Assembly (NCBI RefSeq): GCF_009914755.1
Contig: NC_060932.1
Reading direction: 5' to 3' (one strand)
Length of the DNA stretch: 64,000 nt
Source: the human T2T-CHM13v2.0 reference genome, Homo sapiens
Both the position numbers and the translations under genes were made by a program. The notes beneath the pieces were generated by a model. The model saw only the letters and a list, made by a program, of their open reading frames with translations. It ran no database searches and was not told the DNA's origin. Shown here piece after piece: positions 15,200 through 27,640 of this stretch. Positions within the stretch are counted from its first letter, which is position 1. Every line of letters starts with the position of its first letter.

Positions 15200-16500
15200 C
15201 CGAGGAACTGGGGGCGGGGAGGACTGATGGGTGCGAAAGCGGGCCGGGTCCAAATGAAGGCGCGCGCCCCGGGGTGGGGGCCGGGGTGGGGGGAATGAGG
15301 GAGGCTGCAGGGCTGGGGACCAGGGCAGGTGCAATCCGGAAAGAGGAGGCGGGAAGGAATTGGGGGGCCCTGAGGAGCCAGCGCAAGCCGGGTGGGGGCA
15401 CGTCCCCTCCCCCGGAGAAGGTGCGGGGCTGGGGCTGCGGCGCGGACCCGACCTGGAGGCCGAGGCTGTGCGGGAGGTGGGGGTGGGGAGGCTGCAGGTG
15501 CCCGGCGCCCAGGTGCGAGGTGCAGGGGGCGGCGGGGCAGGCGGCTGCGGGCGGCAGGCCACTCACCTGTCTCCTCCGGCCGGGGCCGCGGGGGCGGCGG
15601 GGCGGCCGGGCCGGGCCGGGCAGGGGCTACGGGGGCGCGGAGCCCCGGGCGCACCGGGGTCGGGAGGCGGCTGCGGGTCCGGGCGGGGGCTGCTCCCTCG
15701 GCCGGCCGGCCGGGCGGTCAGTCAGCGACGCGGGCGCGGAGAGAGCGCTGCGAGGCTGCGGCCGGCGCGCGGAGACAACGCCGCTTTATCGGGTCGGAAA
15801 CAGCCGCTCCGCGCCGCTTCCGCTGACGCAGCGCCGGCCCCTGCGCCTCATGACTATGCAGCACCCGCCGCCGCGGGACGGGGATTCGGGGGGCGGGGTC
15901 TGCGCCGCGCGCGCTCATTGGCCTCCGCTGCCGCCCACCCCGCCCCCGAACGGCCGCCCCGCCCCCGCCGCGCCCCTGCCCCGCCCCCGCGCGCACCGTG
16001 GCTCCCGCCCCCGTCTCGCCATGGCCCCGCCCCCAGCCCTAGTCCAGCCCCGCCCCCGCCCTCCTCCCGCTACGCCCCCGGCCCCGGCCCCGGCCCCGGC
16101 CCCTCCGCACCGAGCGTCCGCCCTCTCTCCCCTAAAGCGCTGGCCCGCAATCCACCCCATCCCTCTCTGCAGCCGCAGGAGGTGGCCCCCGCCTGTCCCC
16201 ACCTTCTCTCCCCGCTCCTCTCGCCACTCTGTCGCAGAGGGGTCCGGCTAGCCACGAGGCCCCGGCCCCCGGCAGCCCAGCCCCTTGGCAAGCACCCTCC
16301 CGCCCCCTCCGCCCCTGCCCGTGGCGCGGCGACATGGGCCCCATCCAGGTGCTGCAGCCCCTCCTCCGCTGCAGGAGAAAACTCTCCTGTTTTCCCCTCC
16401 CTGCCACCCTCCGAAGACCTCCTACCTGGTCCCGGACCACGCCCCCGTCCCCAACTCCCCCAACGCCCCGCGCTCTGCGGGTCCCCTCTCCAACCTGGAG
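15200..16500. promoter_or_regulatory. CpG island / promoter of a minus-strand gene
   Basis: Very high GC and CpG density. Multiple GC boxes (CCCCGCCC), CCAAT (ATTGG 15917-15921), ETS-like CTTCCG near 15817-15822 and YY1-like GCCAT near 16018-16022. Confidence 0.95.
15567..15757 (-). other. Non-coding first exon of an unidentified minus-strand gene
   Basis: Consensus 5' splice donor ACAG|GTGAGT (plus strand actcac 15561-15566). TATA-like GATAAA (plus tttatc 15785-15790) lies about 30 nt upstream of the inferred TSS. There is no ATG in the exon. The TSS position is inferred. Confidence 0.8.
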
Positions 16501-16879
16501 AGCGGGGCAGGACGAAGACCCGACCCGGAGCTTCCTGGAGGCTGGGCCTCCCTCTCAGGCTTGGCCCTGGCCAGGGACACTGATCCGTCTCTCCCCACGT
16601 GTAGAAGGGCCACAATCCCTAGGGCAGGACTGCTGGGAAACCCCATCAAGACAAGGTCTGGGGAGGCGGCTTTAACAGACAGATGTGATGGGCTGAGGCC
16701 AACCCTGTTAACGTCGCAGCCCTGCACCCTTGCCAGGGTTTAAGTTGCTTTGGAGGAATTACTTCATTTCTCAGAACCTTGGCGTCCTCATCTGTAAAAT
16801 AGAAATCGTAAGATCCATCTCACCTGTTGCTAAAGGAATTTAGAAGTGAAGTGCAGAGCAGAGCCTCCAAGAGCATCGG

Positions 16880-17455
16880 AAATGGGAAAATCTGACCATA
16901 TCAAGTGTTGACAAGGAAATGGAGCAACTGGAACTGCCAGACACTGTTGGTGGACATGCAAAGTGGTACAACTTTCAAAATCTTTTTGAAAGGCCTTGAT
17001 TACCCAGCAATTCTGCTCCTAGATACACACCTAACATTGTGTTTCTGTTGATAGCAGCAGTGTTTATAATTGCCCCAAACTGGAAACTACTGAAATGCTC
17101 ATCAGCCGTTAAATGGATACATAAATTGTGATATATTCACACAGTGGAATGACAGCAATGACAGTGAATAATCAACTACACACAACAACATGGATGACTC
17201 TCACAAATGATGTTGAGGAAAAGAAGCCAGAGGATAAAAAGCCATATTTGTTTCCATGTGGATAAAGTGGTAGAAGGTGTATATGGGGGTAGCAGTCAGG
17301 ATAGTGGTTACCCTTGGAGGGAGGGGTGCCAGAGCCAGGAAGCAGGGCACAGAGGACGTGTCTGGGGGCTGGCTGTGTTCTGTGTCTTGGTCTGAGTGCT
17401 GGTTACAGTGTGCTCAGTTTGTGATGACTTTTCCAGCTGTGCAGTCAAGATGCAT
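16880..17455 (+). mobile_element. Old L1 (L1MC/L1ME-like) 3' fragment
   Basis: Motifs such as CAAGTGTTGACAAGGAAATGGAGCAACTGGAAC, CCCAGCAATTCTGCTCCTAG and ACATGGATGACTCTCACAA. Confidence 0.8.
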
Positions 17456-17460
17456 GTGCC

Positions 17461-17593
17461 TGTGGGGCACGGTGATTCACGCCTGTAATTCTAACACTTT
17501 GGAAGGCCAAAGCGGGTGGATTGCTTGAGCCCAGGAGTTTGAGACCAGCCTGAGCAACATGGTAAGACCCTATCTCTATTAAAAAAAAAAAAA
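17461..17593 (+). mobile_element. FLAM / free Alu left monomer
   Basis: Single arm with A tail. Confidence 0.85.
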
Positions 17594-18156
17594 GACGTGT
17601 GTGTTTTTCCATGTGTATGCAGTATCTCAACAGAGGGTTAGTAAGTACATCAATGGTCTGTAGACAGTCCAAAGCAGCATCAGACACATCATGAGTGCTC
17701 AAACTGTACATCTGCTTCCCTGGTGATTTTTCTTTCAATGGCCAAAGGATAGAGGCAGCGGCAATTCCAGGTGTGCTGTGAGCCAACTGTGTGAGCCTGG
17801 GCGCCTACTTAACCTCCCTGAGTCCTCTTCTATAAGTGAGCATTCTAATAGTACCTAGTTCACAAGTTGTCCTGAAGCTTAAACAAAATAGCAAAATGAT
17901 GCTTTTTAAAATGACAATACAATCAAGAGGACAGAACAGGTAAAGACTTTGTTTATTCACAAATTGCTGGTATTGATTGAATTGTCTTCATTGTCATTCA
18001 TGCAGTAACCAACTACTGAGTGTGTGCCTACTATGTGCCACACGCTTTGCTGGGTCCTAGTACTGGAGCTGGGAACATGATCCCATCTCTCTTCTTAAGG
18101 AGTGCATTGTGGGGTATGTACCAGCCATGGTAGCCATGGAGCCCAGTCTAGGATCA

Positions 18157-18746
<590 letters not shown>

Positions 18747-18913
18747 GAATGTAAGTGTAGGCATGAAGTTTCTTGTGAATGAAACTTAGAAGGCAGTTTC
18801 TAAGCCTGAGATGTGGAAACCCAACTAATTTACTTCTATAACCTGGAGTTAAACACAGAGACCAGAGTAAAGTTAAGAAAAAATATATCCCCATTGTGCA
18901 AGCACCTCAACAA

Positions 18914-19033
18914 GTGTGTGTGCATGCGTGTGTGCATATGTGTGTGTGCATACGTGTGTGCATGTGTGTGCATGTTTGCATGTGCGTGTGTGCGTGTGTG
19001 TGTGTGTGTGTGTGTGCATGTGTGCGTGTGCAT
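18914..19033. repeat. Imperfect (TG)n microsatellite
   Basis: About 120 bp of nearly continuous purine/pyrimidine alternation. Confidence 0.95.
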
Positions 19034-20316
19034 GCCTATGCAAGAGGGCAGTGGCAGGGCCACCCTGCAGCACTCCTTCCCAGCCTACCCGGCCAGGGCC
19101 TTATATTACCTGCCACCACCAAGAAGGGTGATATGTGTCAGTGGCCTGTGGCCCCATTGTCCAGCTGCCCATGGAAGCCGGGGAATGGAATCCTCAGGGC
19201 CCCCACACATCTTTGCCCCACTCCACCCCCTCCTTAAATGGCTGGCTCCCCAGTCCTGTGAGGAGAGAGCTTGATACGGGGAAGCCCTCTTGCCCAGGGG
19301 TCAGAAAGACACGGACTCTGGCCTGGCTCTGAAGCAGGCGTGCCTGGGCCCTTAGCTGTCATGGGTGTGTGACCTGTGTAGTCACACATACCCAGTGCTC
19401 AGAATAGCTCCACGCTTGGCTTAGCGCTCTGCTGTTGCCATCTTTAAATGCTTCACAGCTTTTAAGAAGGGCCCCACAAATGCTGTGGCAAATCCTGCAT
19501 CTTTGTGAGCATGACAACCTCCCCGATGCTGGGACGAGTCCAGGGCGTGGTGCCTCCATCACTGCTTAGGTTCCAACCTTGTCTTCTCCGTGCCTCACCT
19601 GGGGATGCCTTGGAGCAGGGCCAGGCCCCTCTCATCCCCAGCGCTCATGTGTGCACACCTTCCTGTGAGATGGGTGTCATCCTGCAGAGGAGGAAGCTGC
19701 GACACAGGTTGTTGGTACCTGTAGCCGCACAGCTGGTAGGCGATAGAGCCGGGATTTATACCTGGGTCATATCTGGTTAGGTGTTAGGTGAACAGGCTGA
19801 CTGATTGAATGAATGAATGAATGAATGACGTCCGTGAACACACCCATCTTACTATTGCTGGGCATCATTCCCTTCCTCTCCTCTGTGCCTCGTAAATGAA
19901 GAGGAAAGAGCCTGTTTGGTGCAAAACGTCCACATCCCACAAACAGGCTGTGACCTGCTCTGAGCCAGAGGCCAGCTGGTGACCTGGTATGGACAGCTCC
20001 TACCTTGGTTGAAAAGACAAGACTGCCCTCTTTGGACCTTGTGGAGAACACACTGGGCCATGGGAGAGAGGTAGAAGGTGCTCCGCACAACAGGTAAATC
20101 AGGAGAGAAGGAGAAGGAATGAAGGCCACTCAGACTTCTCCAGCCCCTGCCCTCAGCTTCCCTGGCCCTCTGTCAGCCTTTCCATTGCACAGACGAACAA
20201 ACCAAGGCTCAGAGGTAGCGTGACTTGCCTGAGCAGCCTCTCTTCCTAGGAAAAGCAGGAGGGCTTCCAGGCAGGAAGCCCCCACGGAGGTGGAGGCTAG
20301 AGGGCTGGTGAGGCAT

Positions 20317-20365
20317 GCGGGTGCCAGTAGAGCCCGCGGGTGCCAGTAGAGCCCGCGGGCGCCAG
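20317..20365. repeat. 19-bp tandem duplication (GCGGGTGCCAGTAGAGCCC x2.5)
   Basis: Two exact copies and a partial third. Confidence 0.9.
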
Positions 20366-21407
20366 GAGCTCCACATTCCTGGCGGGCCTGGCAGGTCCCC
20401 CCTCCCCTGGCTCTCTCCTCTGTCACACCAGGTGACTGTCCGTGCCACCCTTTTGAGCCCATCCCCAGACCTTTGCATCTGCCATTTTCTCTTCTGGGAG
20501 TGTCCCTGGTGCTCTCCTGCCATGAGGAAGTGTCCGAGAGCAACAACCATTGATCCCAGTTTGAAAGGAAAGGGAGGGAGGTGGTACATATGGAAGCCCT
20601 CCCTGAACTGGCTCCAATTTTACTATGATTCAAACAACAACCCGCCTTTAACCAAGGGCCTGCTGTGCTCCAGCTGCCCTCAACCCCTGCCCAGCTTCCT
20701 TAGAGAATGGAGGCACAGGATTCTCTCCAGAGACCACAGCCTACACAGCGGTGGGGTGGGGGCGGCAAGTAGGTGGGCCCTGAAGAGGGAGGAAAGAGAG
20801 GGGATGAGCTGAAGCAGTGTCCCAGCCAGACAGTCCCTTAGTGACACCTCCTGTGCTCCTTCACAAATCTTTTATCTTTTCAAAGCAACAAACACGTTTT
20901 TAAACAAACTCGTTCACAAAACCCCAATATGTCAATTAGCACGCTCATGTATCACCAGGTGTTCCTAAGACACTGCCCCGCTTGGCTCTCGTGCTTAGGG
21001 CGCTGATGTTCAGGCTGTGTCTACTCACCCTGCCAGCGTCCTTCCGCCTGCTCCGCCCCTTCCCCAGGAGCAGCCTCTGCTTAGGTGAGGCTAAGAGCGC
21101 AGGAGCAGAGTTCTAGCTTACTGTGTGACCTTGGAGAAAATACCTAATCTCTGTGAGCCCCAAGGCAAAATGAAGAGGGTGTGAGCTCCACAGAGGGTAG
21201 GGGCCAAAGCCCTGGGATGCAGGTGAGTAGGTCCACAACCCGCAGGTCTTGGATCTCAATTGCCCAGGAGGGGACCCGAGACCCTAAAGACCATGTGCCT
21301 GCCCAGTGTCCTGGGCAGCCAAGGGCTTTCAGAGCAGCCCCAGGGCCGGGACACGAATCCAGGTCGGAACCTCCAGGTACCTGAATTGGCTCCAGAGCAA
21401 TGGGCTT

Positions 21408-21643
21408 CTGGGGTCCCACGGCTTCTCTTCCTGGGGTCATATGGCTGCCCGGTGTCATATGGCCACCAAGGGGCCATGTGGCATCCTATGATCGTGAGCT
21501 TCTTGGGGTCTCATGGCTACCTGAACCATGCGATTGCCCACGGTCACAATCGCTAGGAGTCACACAGCTACCTGACGATGGAGTGATTTAGCCACTCGGG
21601 GTCATACCCCAGGTCACATGGACACCTGGGGCCACACGGCTCC
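21408..21643. repeat. Degenerate ~18-bp minisatellite (CTGGGGTCACATGGCTAC-like)
   Basis: About 12 diverged units, parsed by eye. Confidence 0.7.
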
Positions 21644-22379
21644 CCATACTGGTGTGTCTCATTGGAAGTTCAATGCAATCCAGGCCATTCCACTGCTTCT
21701 GTGTCCTGGGTGAGCCCCATCCCCTCCCTGAGCCTCAGTTTCCTCATCAGTGAGGTGGACAGAATCTTTGTTTCTCTAGCACAAAGGACTGTATGAGAGG
21801 ATTATGTGAGGAAATGACAGTGCAGGGCCCAGCGGAGGTCATTGACTAGGAAGAGCTCATCAGTGACCACAGTGCCAGGAAAGGGCAGCTGCCCAGGACT
21901 GGCTGTGGCCGTCAGCACGACGCTGGCCCTCCAGGCCTGGGCAGAACCTGAAGATTCCCCAGAAGAGACTGAGGCAGGTTTTCACTGAAGGGCCTTCCCC
22001 ACATGGGCCCGCCCTGGGCAAAGGCCGGGTTTCAGAAGCACGAGAGGGGTGAGGGGCTGGGACAGGCTCCACGCCCGCCCGGCAGCAGGATGTGCACGCT
22101 TGCAGCTCTGCGATGCCTTTCTCTGTAGCTGTCTTATATCCCACAATGAAACCTGTAAAATAAGTCAACACGATCAGACACCGACTTTGTCCAGGTTTGA
22201 GGGCCTCAGCACTTGACCTCTTTCCTGGGGACGTCTTCGAGCGGCCAGATGGGGGTCTTAAAGAGCTCCTTGAGGCCCGTGTGTGGGGCATATGGGGTGG
22301 GGCTGAGAAATTGGATCTAGAGCCTAGTGGGGCAGTGGCTGGCTAGTGCTTGTTCAGCTGGGCTGGTCAGGGCCCAGAT

Positions 22380-22600
22380 AATGATGCGGATCAGTTACCA
22401 CAGGGCTCCAAAGCCAGCTGGGCCCCCGCCTGATCAAAGTAATCTCGTGTTGACAGCAGCCCTGCGCTGGGTGCCATTAGATTCCCCATCTGCTAGAAGA
22501 GGAAACTGAGGCACAGAGAGGGGAGGTAGCTGGCCTAGGGTCACGTATCGAGTCAGTGACTGTGCCAGGGTTTGAACCCAGGCCATCTGGCTCTGAGTCC
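22380..22600 (-). mobile_element. MIR
   Basis: GAGGAAACTGAGGCACAGAGAGG...GGGTTTGAACCCAGG core. Many more MIR fragments occur in the window. Confidence 0.85.
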
Positions 22601-24179
22601 TTGTGCCCCCTTCCACAAGGTCACAGGGCCTGCCAGGGGCTCCTAGACTGTCAGAGTGTGGAGTGGTTGCTGCATCTGCTGGCATCTCTAGCCCACCTGT
22701 CAGGATGGGGAGGAGGGGCAGGGCCCAGTACAGGGGCTGGCACTGGAGCCATAGCCATGAACCAAATGACCAGGGTGACCTGGAAAGGAAGCAGGGAGGC
22801 AGCCACCCAGGGCGGCCAGCAGGGTGGAGCATCCGGCACGGCTTCTCACAGTGAAGGGTAAAGGCAGGTGATGTCTGGGGTCACCCCACCCAGGACCCCT
22901 GCGGCAGGCCCCACCTGCTGATGGCACCAGGGCAGGGCGGAACCCAGGGTAAGCCTCCCTCCCAGACATCCCCTCCAGGCCGTGGTCCTCAGCCCAGCTT
23001 CGTCTCTGGACTCCCACCCCTGCCCCTGCTTAGTCAGCAGCCTCCTAAGCCCTCTGGGTTGGCTCTCCCTTTTCCTGCGTTTGCTTACACTGCTCATCCT
23101 GCCGGTAGTGCCCACCATTTCCCTTGGGTCTGCCTGTCCCATGTGTCCTCCTCCAGGAAACCCTCCCAGACCACCCCAGCTCTCAATAATTCCTGCCTCC
23201 CCCAGCACATAGCAAAAATAAGGCCCACCTAGGCTTTAAGTCCTGAATCATCATTTAAAGAACCGCCTATACTTTACAACGTGCTTGTCCTGTCCACAGT
23301 CTCATTGGAGCCTCTGAGCAGCCCTGTGGAGTCAGTTCTGGTCTCCCCTTACAGATGGGGGCCTAAAAGGTGAGGGCAGGACCAGAGCTCACCTGGGGTG
23401 TCACTGCACCAGTAGTTAATACTCACTGAGACCTACCTGGGTGCCAAAGCCTGGCCTATGTGATTTCTAATCATTCATTCGTTCATTCACTCATTCACTA
23501 AACATTGACTGAGCACCTGCTCTGCTCCAGGCACTCTGACATAGATGCTAGGGAGGCCACACCTCCTGGAATCTGCATCCCAGCTGAGAGACAGCCAAGG
23601 AGCAAGGAAGCAAGTGACATGCAGTAAGCCGGCCAGCGATGGCTGCTGTGGAAATGCGGGGAAGGGGGCAGGCAGAGTCCCCCTTGAAGGGGACTTTGAG
23701 GAAGGGCCTGAAGGAAGAGAGGGAACGGGCAGAGGAGTTAGCTTCATCTCTCAGTGGGAGTTAGACACCCCCTACCCCACGATCAGGCACAGTAGGGCTG
23801 CCCTCAGCCACCTTGCTGCAGTTCTCCTGGCCCTGCCAGCCAGCCCCCTTCCAGCACCAGCTGCCTTCGACCCTCTGCCCTCAACTGTGAGCACTATGTG
23901 GGTGGGCTCTAGCCCACCCTGTCCGTCCCTGGGTCCCTGGTACACAGTTCACAACTTGCAAAGGAACGGACGAGAAAGGAGTGAATGAGAGAGCGTGACT
24001 GGCCTGGCTCCCAGCTGCATCTTGTCTAGGGTACAGGTGGGTGCAGGAATGTGCCCTCCCCTAGGAGGAGGCCCTGTAGGAAACGGCACACCCTGGAGAA
24101 ACTAGTGGAAATGAGGCGCATCCTGGTTCTGATGCTTTCCTGTTCACCCACGGGCTCACACACTCCTGCGTTCATGCAC

Positions 24180-24660
24180 GCATGCATTCATTCATGCATC
24201 CTCCCGTTCTGGAAGAAGCACAGGTGGTCAGGGTCCCGTGGAGTGTGAAGCAGAACGGATAAAGTCCCTGCTCTCAAGGGCGTTACATCCAAGGACATAG
24301 CAATAAATACATAGTGGAAGACCAGGTGGTACTAAATACACAAAGAGGGCAGAGCAAGGAGGGTGTTGCTATGGATAGCAGGTGGCCAGCAAAGCCCCCC
24401 CGAGTGGGGTACGGGAACCCCAGGAGGGTCTGAGCAGAGGAGGGACTCAGGGATCTCGATGTTTTAAAAAGGCTCAGGCTGCTGCTGAGGGTGGCTGGAG
24501 GGCACAGGACGTGGGAAGCTTCTTGACAATTCAGGGAGCTGATGGCTGCAGGCAGGGTGTTGGCAGTGGAGGAGCCGTGGCCGGATTCTTGGTAAACACT
24601 GAAGCTGCAGGGCGGAATCACTGGAGGGCTGGGAGTAGGATGCGGCTGTAAAAGCTTGCA
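24180..24660 (-). mobile_element. L2 fragment
   Basis: (CATT)n end followed by AAAGTCCCTGCTCTCAAGG and later L2-like blocks. Confidence 0.55.
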
Positions 24661-24871
24661 TAAGCCTCCTGAAGCCTCAGTTTTCTCGCCTGTGAAGTGG
24701 GGTGCTAGTACCTCACTGCCAAGGCTCTAGTGAGAAGAAGCCAGGGAAAATGTGGGAGTGAAGCCAGCCCTCGTTGGCTCAGCAAAGCCTCAATGGGGCC
24801 CCATTCATGCTGGGCACTGGTCTAGGCGTGGGTACACAATACCCCACAGGCGCTTAACAAATAGTGGTTTT

Positions 24872-25362
<491 letters not shown>

Positions 25363-25929
25363 GGGAGGTGGGAGAGAGCAATGCTAAAGCCAAAGGCAAC
25401 TGGGGCCACAGTGACTGGGTGCGGCAGGGCATCCTGGGTCAAGGGTGGCAGCCTGTTAGACAGCTGCCCATGGCAGGGTTGCTACTGTCTGGCCCTGTGG
25501 TGGGAGAGCCCAATAGAAGTTGCCCGGGGTGCCTGAGGTCCGGAGCCAGGAACGCAGGCTGCAGAGAGGGCTGACCCCATTTCCCGAGGCAGTGGTGCCA
25601 GGAGGCCTGTTTTCCAGGGTGTTTACTGGGCTCTCCGGCTCCAAGGAGCTCTGAGTATTTGGGCTGAGTGCCCGGGGTCAGCCCCTCGACAGCACGCTGG
25701 GAGGTGGGGGTGGCTGTGCTGATGCCACCCTGGGCCAGTGGAGAAGGGTGGAGGCAGCAGACTGCCCGGCAACCCATGAGTGGGAGGGGAGGCTCCACCC
25801 TCCTTAACCACAGCCTGAGCAGCCACTTCCCAGGCCCACCTCTGATTTGGGTGGAGCTGAGCTGGGAGCACTTTTCCAGGCTACCTAGTGAGGGAGGGGC
25901 ACAGCAGATAGCAAAGGGGTCACGATTCA

Positions 25930-27245
25930 GTCAACAGGGTCAGGCTCAGCCGGGAAGCGAATAGGATCAGGGCTTAGTGGGTAAAATGAGAGCCAGTGCT
26001 AAGTCGAGGGAAGGATCATGGTTTAACATATAACCAGGGTCAGGGATTAATGTCCAAGCAAGGTCAGGGCTCAGTCTGTGACCAGGATCAGTGCTCTGTG
26101 TGTGACTAGGATCAGGGCTCAAAATGTGACCAGGGTCGGAACTCAGTGTGTGACCACGATCAGGACTCAAAGTATGACCAGGATCAGGGTTCAGTGTGTG
26201 ACCAGGGCTAGGGCTCAGTGTGTGACCAGGATCAGGGCTCAGAGTGTGACTAGAATCAGGGCTCAGAATGTGACCAGGATCAGGGCTCAGAGTGTGACCA
26301 GAATCAGGGCTCAGAATGTGACCAGGGTCAGAACTCAGCATGTGACCAGGATCAGGACTCAATGTATGACCAGGATCAGGGTTCAGTGTGTGACCAGGGC
26401 CAGGGCTCAGAATGTGACCAGGGTCAGGGTTCAGTGTGTGACCAGGATCAGGGCTCAGAATGTGACCAGGGTCAGGGCTCAGAGTATGACCAGGATCAGG
26501 GCTCTGTGTGTGACCAGGATCAGGGATTAGAGTGTGACCAGGGTCAGGGCTCAGCATGTGACCAGGGTCAGAGCTCAGCGTGTGACCAGGGTCAGGGCTC
26601 AGAGTATGACCAGGATCAGGACTCAGTGTGCTACGAGGATCAGGGCTCAGAGTGTGACCAGGGTCAGGGGTCAGAGTGTGACCAGGGTCAGGGGTCAGAG
26701 TGTGACCAGGGTCAGGGCTCAGAGTTTGACCAGGATCAGGGCTCAGTGTGTGACCAGGGTCAGGGCTCAATGTGAACCACAGGATCAGCGCTCTGTGTGT
26801 GACCAGGATCAGGGATTAGAGTGTGACCAGGTAACATGCTGTGACCAGGGTCAGGACTCAGCATGTGACCAGGGTCAGAGCTCAGCATGTGACCAGGGTC
26901 AGGGCTCCATCTGTGACCAGGATCAGGGCTCAGAGTGTGACCATGGTCAGGGCTCAGTGTGTGATCAGGATCAGGGTTCAGTGTGTGACCAGGGTCAGGG
27001 CTCAGTGTGTGACCAGGATCAGGGTTCAGTGTGTGACCAGGATCAGGGCTCAGTGTGTGACCAGGGTTAAAGTGCAGCCTGTGACTAGGATCAGGTTTCA
27101 GAATGTGACTAGAGAGTTCAGTGTGGATCAGGACAGTCAGTTATGAGGATTAGTAACGAGTGGGATCAGGACTCAGTCTTTGACTGAGGCCAGGACTCAA
27201 CATGAGGGCCATGTGACAGTCACAGCCCTAAAGTGGACTCAGGGT
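25930..27245. repeat. 24-bp VNTR (GTGACCAGGRTCAGGGCTCAGWGT), about 44 core units plus degenerate flanks
   Basis: Core ~26059-27130; translates as an 8-aa period (SPDPGHTL). Confidence 0.97.
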
Positions 27246-27279
27246 GTCCTGGTCTCTTCTCACTGAACCAGTAGCCCCA

Positions 27280-27640
27280 TTCATCATTCTTTCTCTTTCA
27301 TTTGAGAACCATCTTCTCTGTGCCAGGACCTGTCCTAGGTGCTACAGACTCAAGGGCCACTTAGCCACAGTCCCAGCCCTGAATGACCTCCCATCTCCCA
27401 GGCAGCCCAGTTGGGTCTCAATTGTACAACACACCAAGATAACTTAGAGGCTCAGGAAGGGCCAGGGAGGCATTCTTCCCCAGGTACTCAGTAAGGCTCT
27501 CTGGAGGAGGTTTTGCAGGCTGGGTCACTTGAAGAAGGGGGCAGGAGGGCATTCCAGGCAGCAGGTACCACCTGAGCAAAGGCACAAAGGCTGGTTGCCA
27601 AGATGAGTGCTTGGCAAGTGTTGGGAGCTGGAGTCACCTG
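27280..27640 (-). mobile_element. L2 fragment
   Basis: TTCATCATTC...TGTGCCAGGACCTGTCCTAGGTGCT...GGCATTCCAGGCAG...GCAAAGGCAC motifs. Confidence 0.65.

Noticed and set aside
15567-15757. Assigning a gene symbol to the minus-strand gene
   Set aside because: No coding exon lies in the window and I do not recognise the 5'UTR. A BLAT search would settle it.
15274-16583. 325-aa and 407-aa plus-strand ORFs over the CpG island
   Set aside because: Low-complexity G/A/P/R translations with open frames on both strands, as expected from stop-codon scarcity in very GC-rich DNA. No recognisable domain.
25967-26770. 267-aa ORF of SPDPGHTL repeats
   Set aside because: A by-product of a 24-bp unit divisible by three. 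It starts at TTG within the array, and I see no supporting promoter or splice structure.
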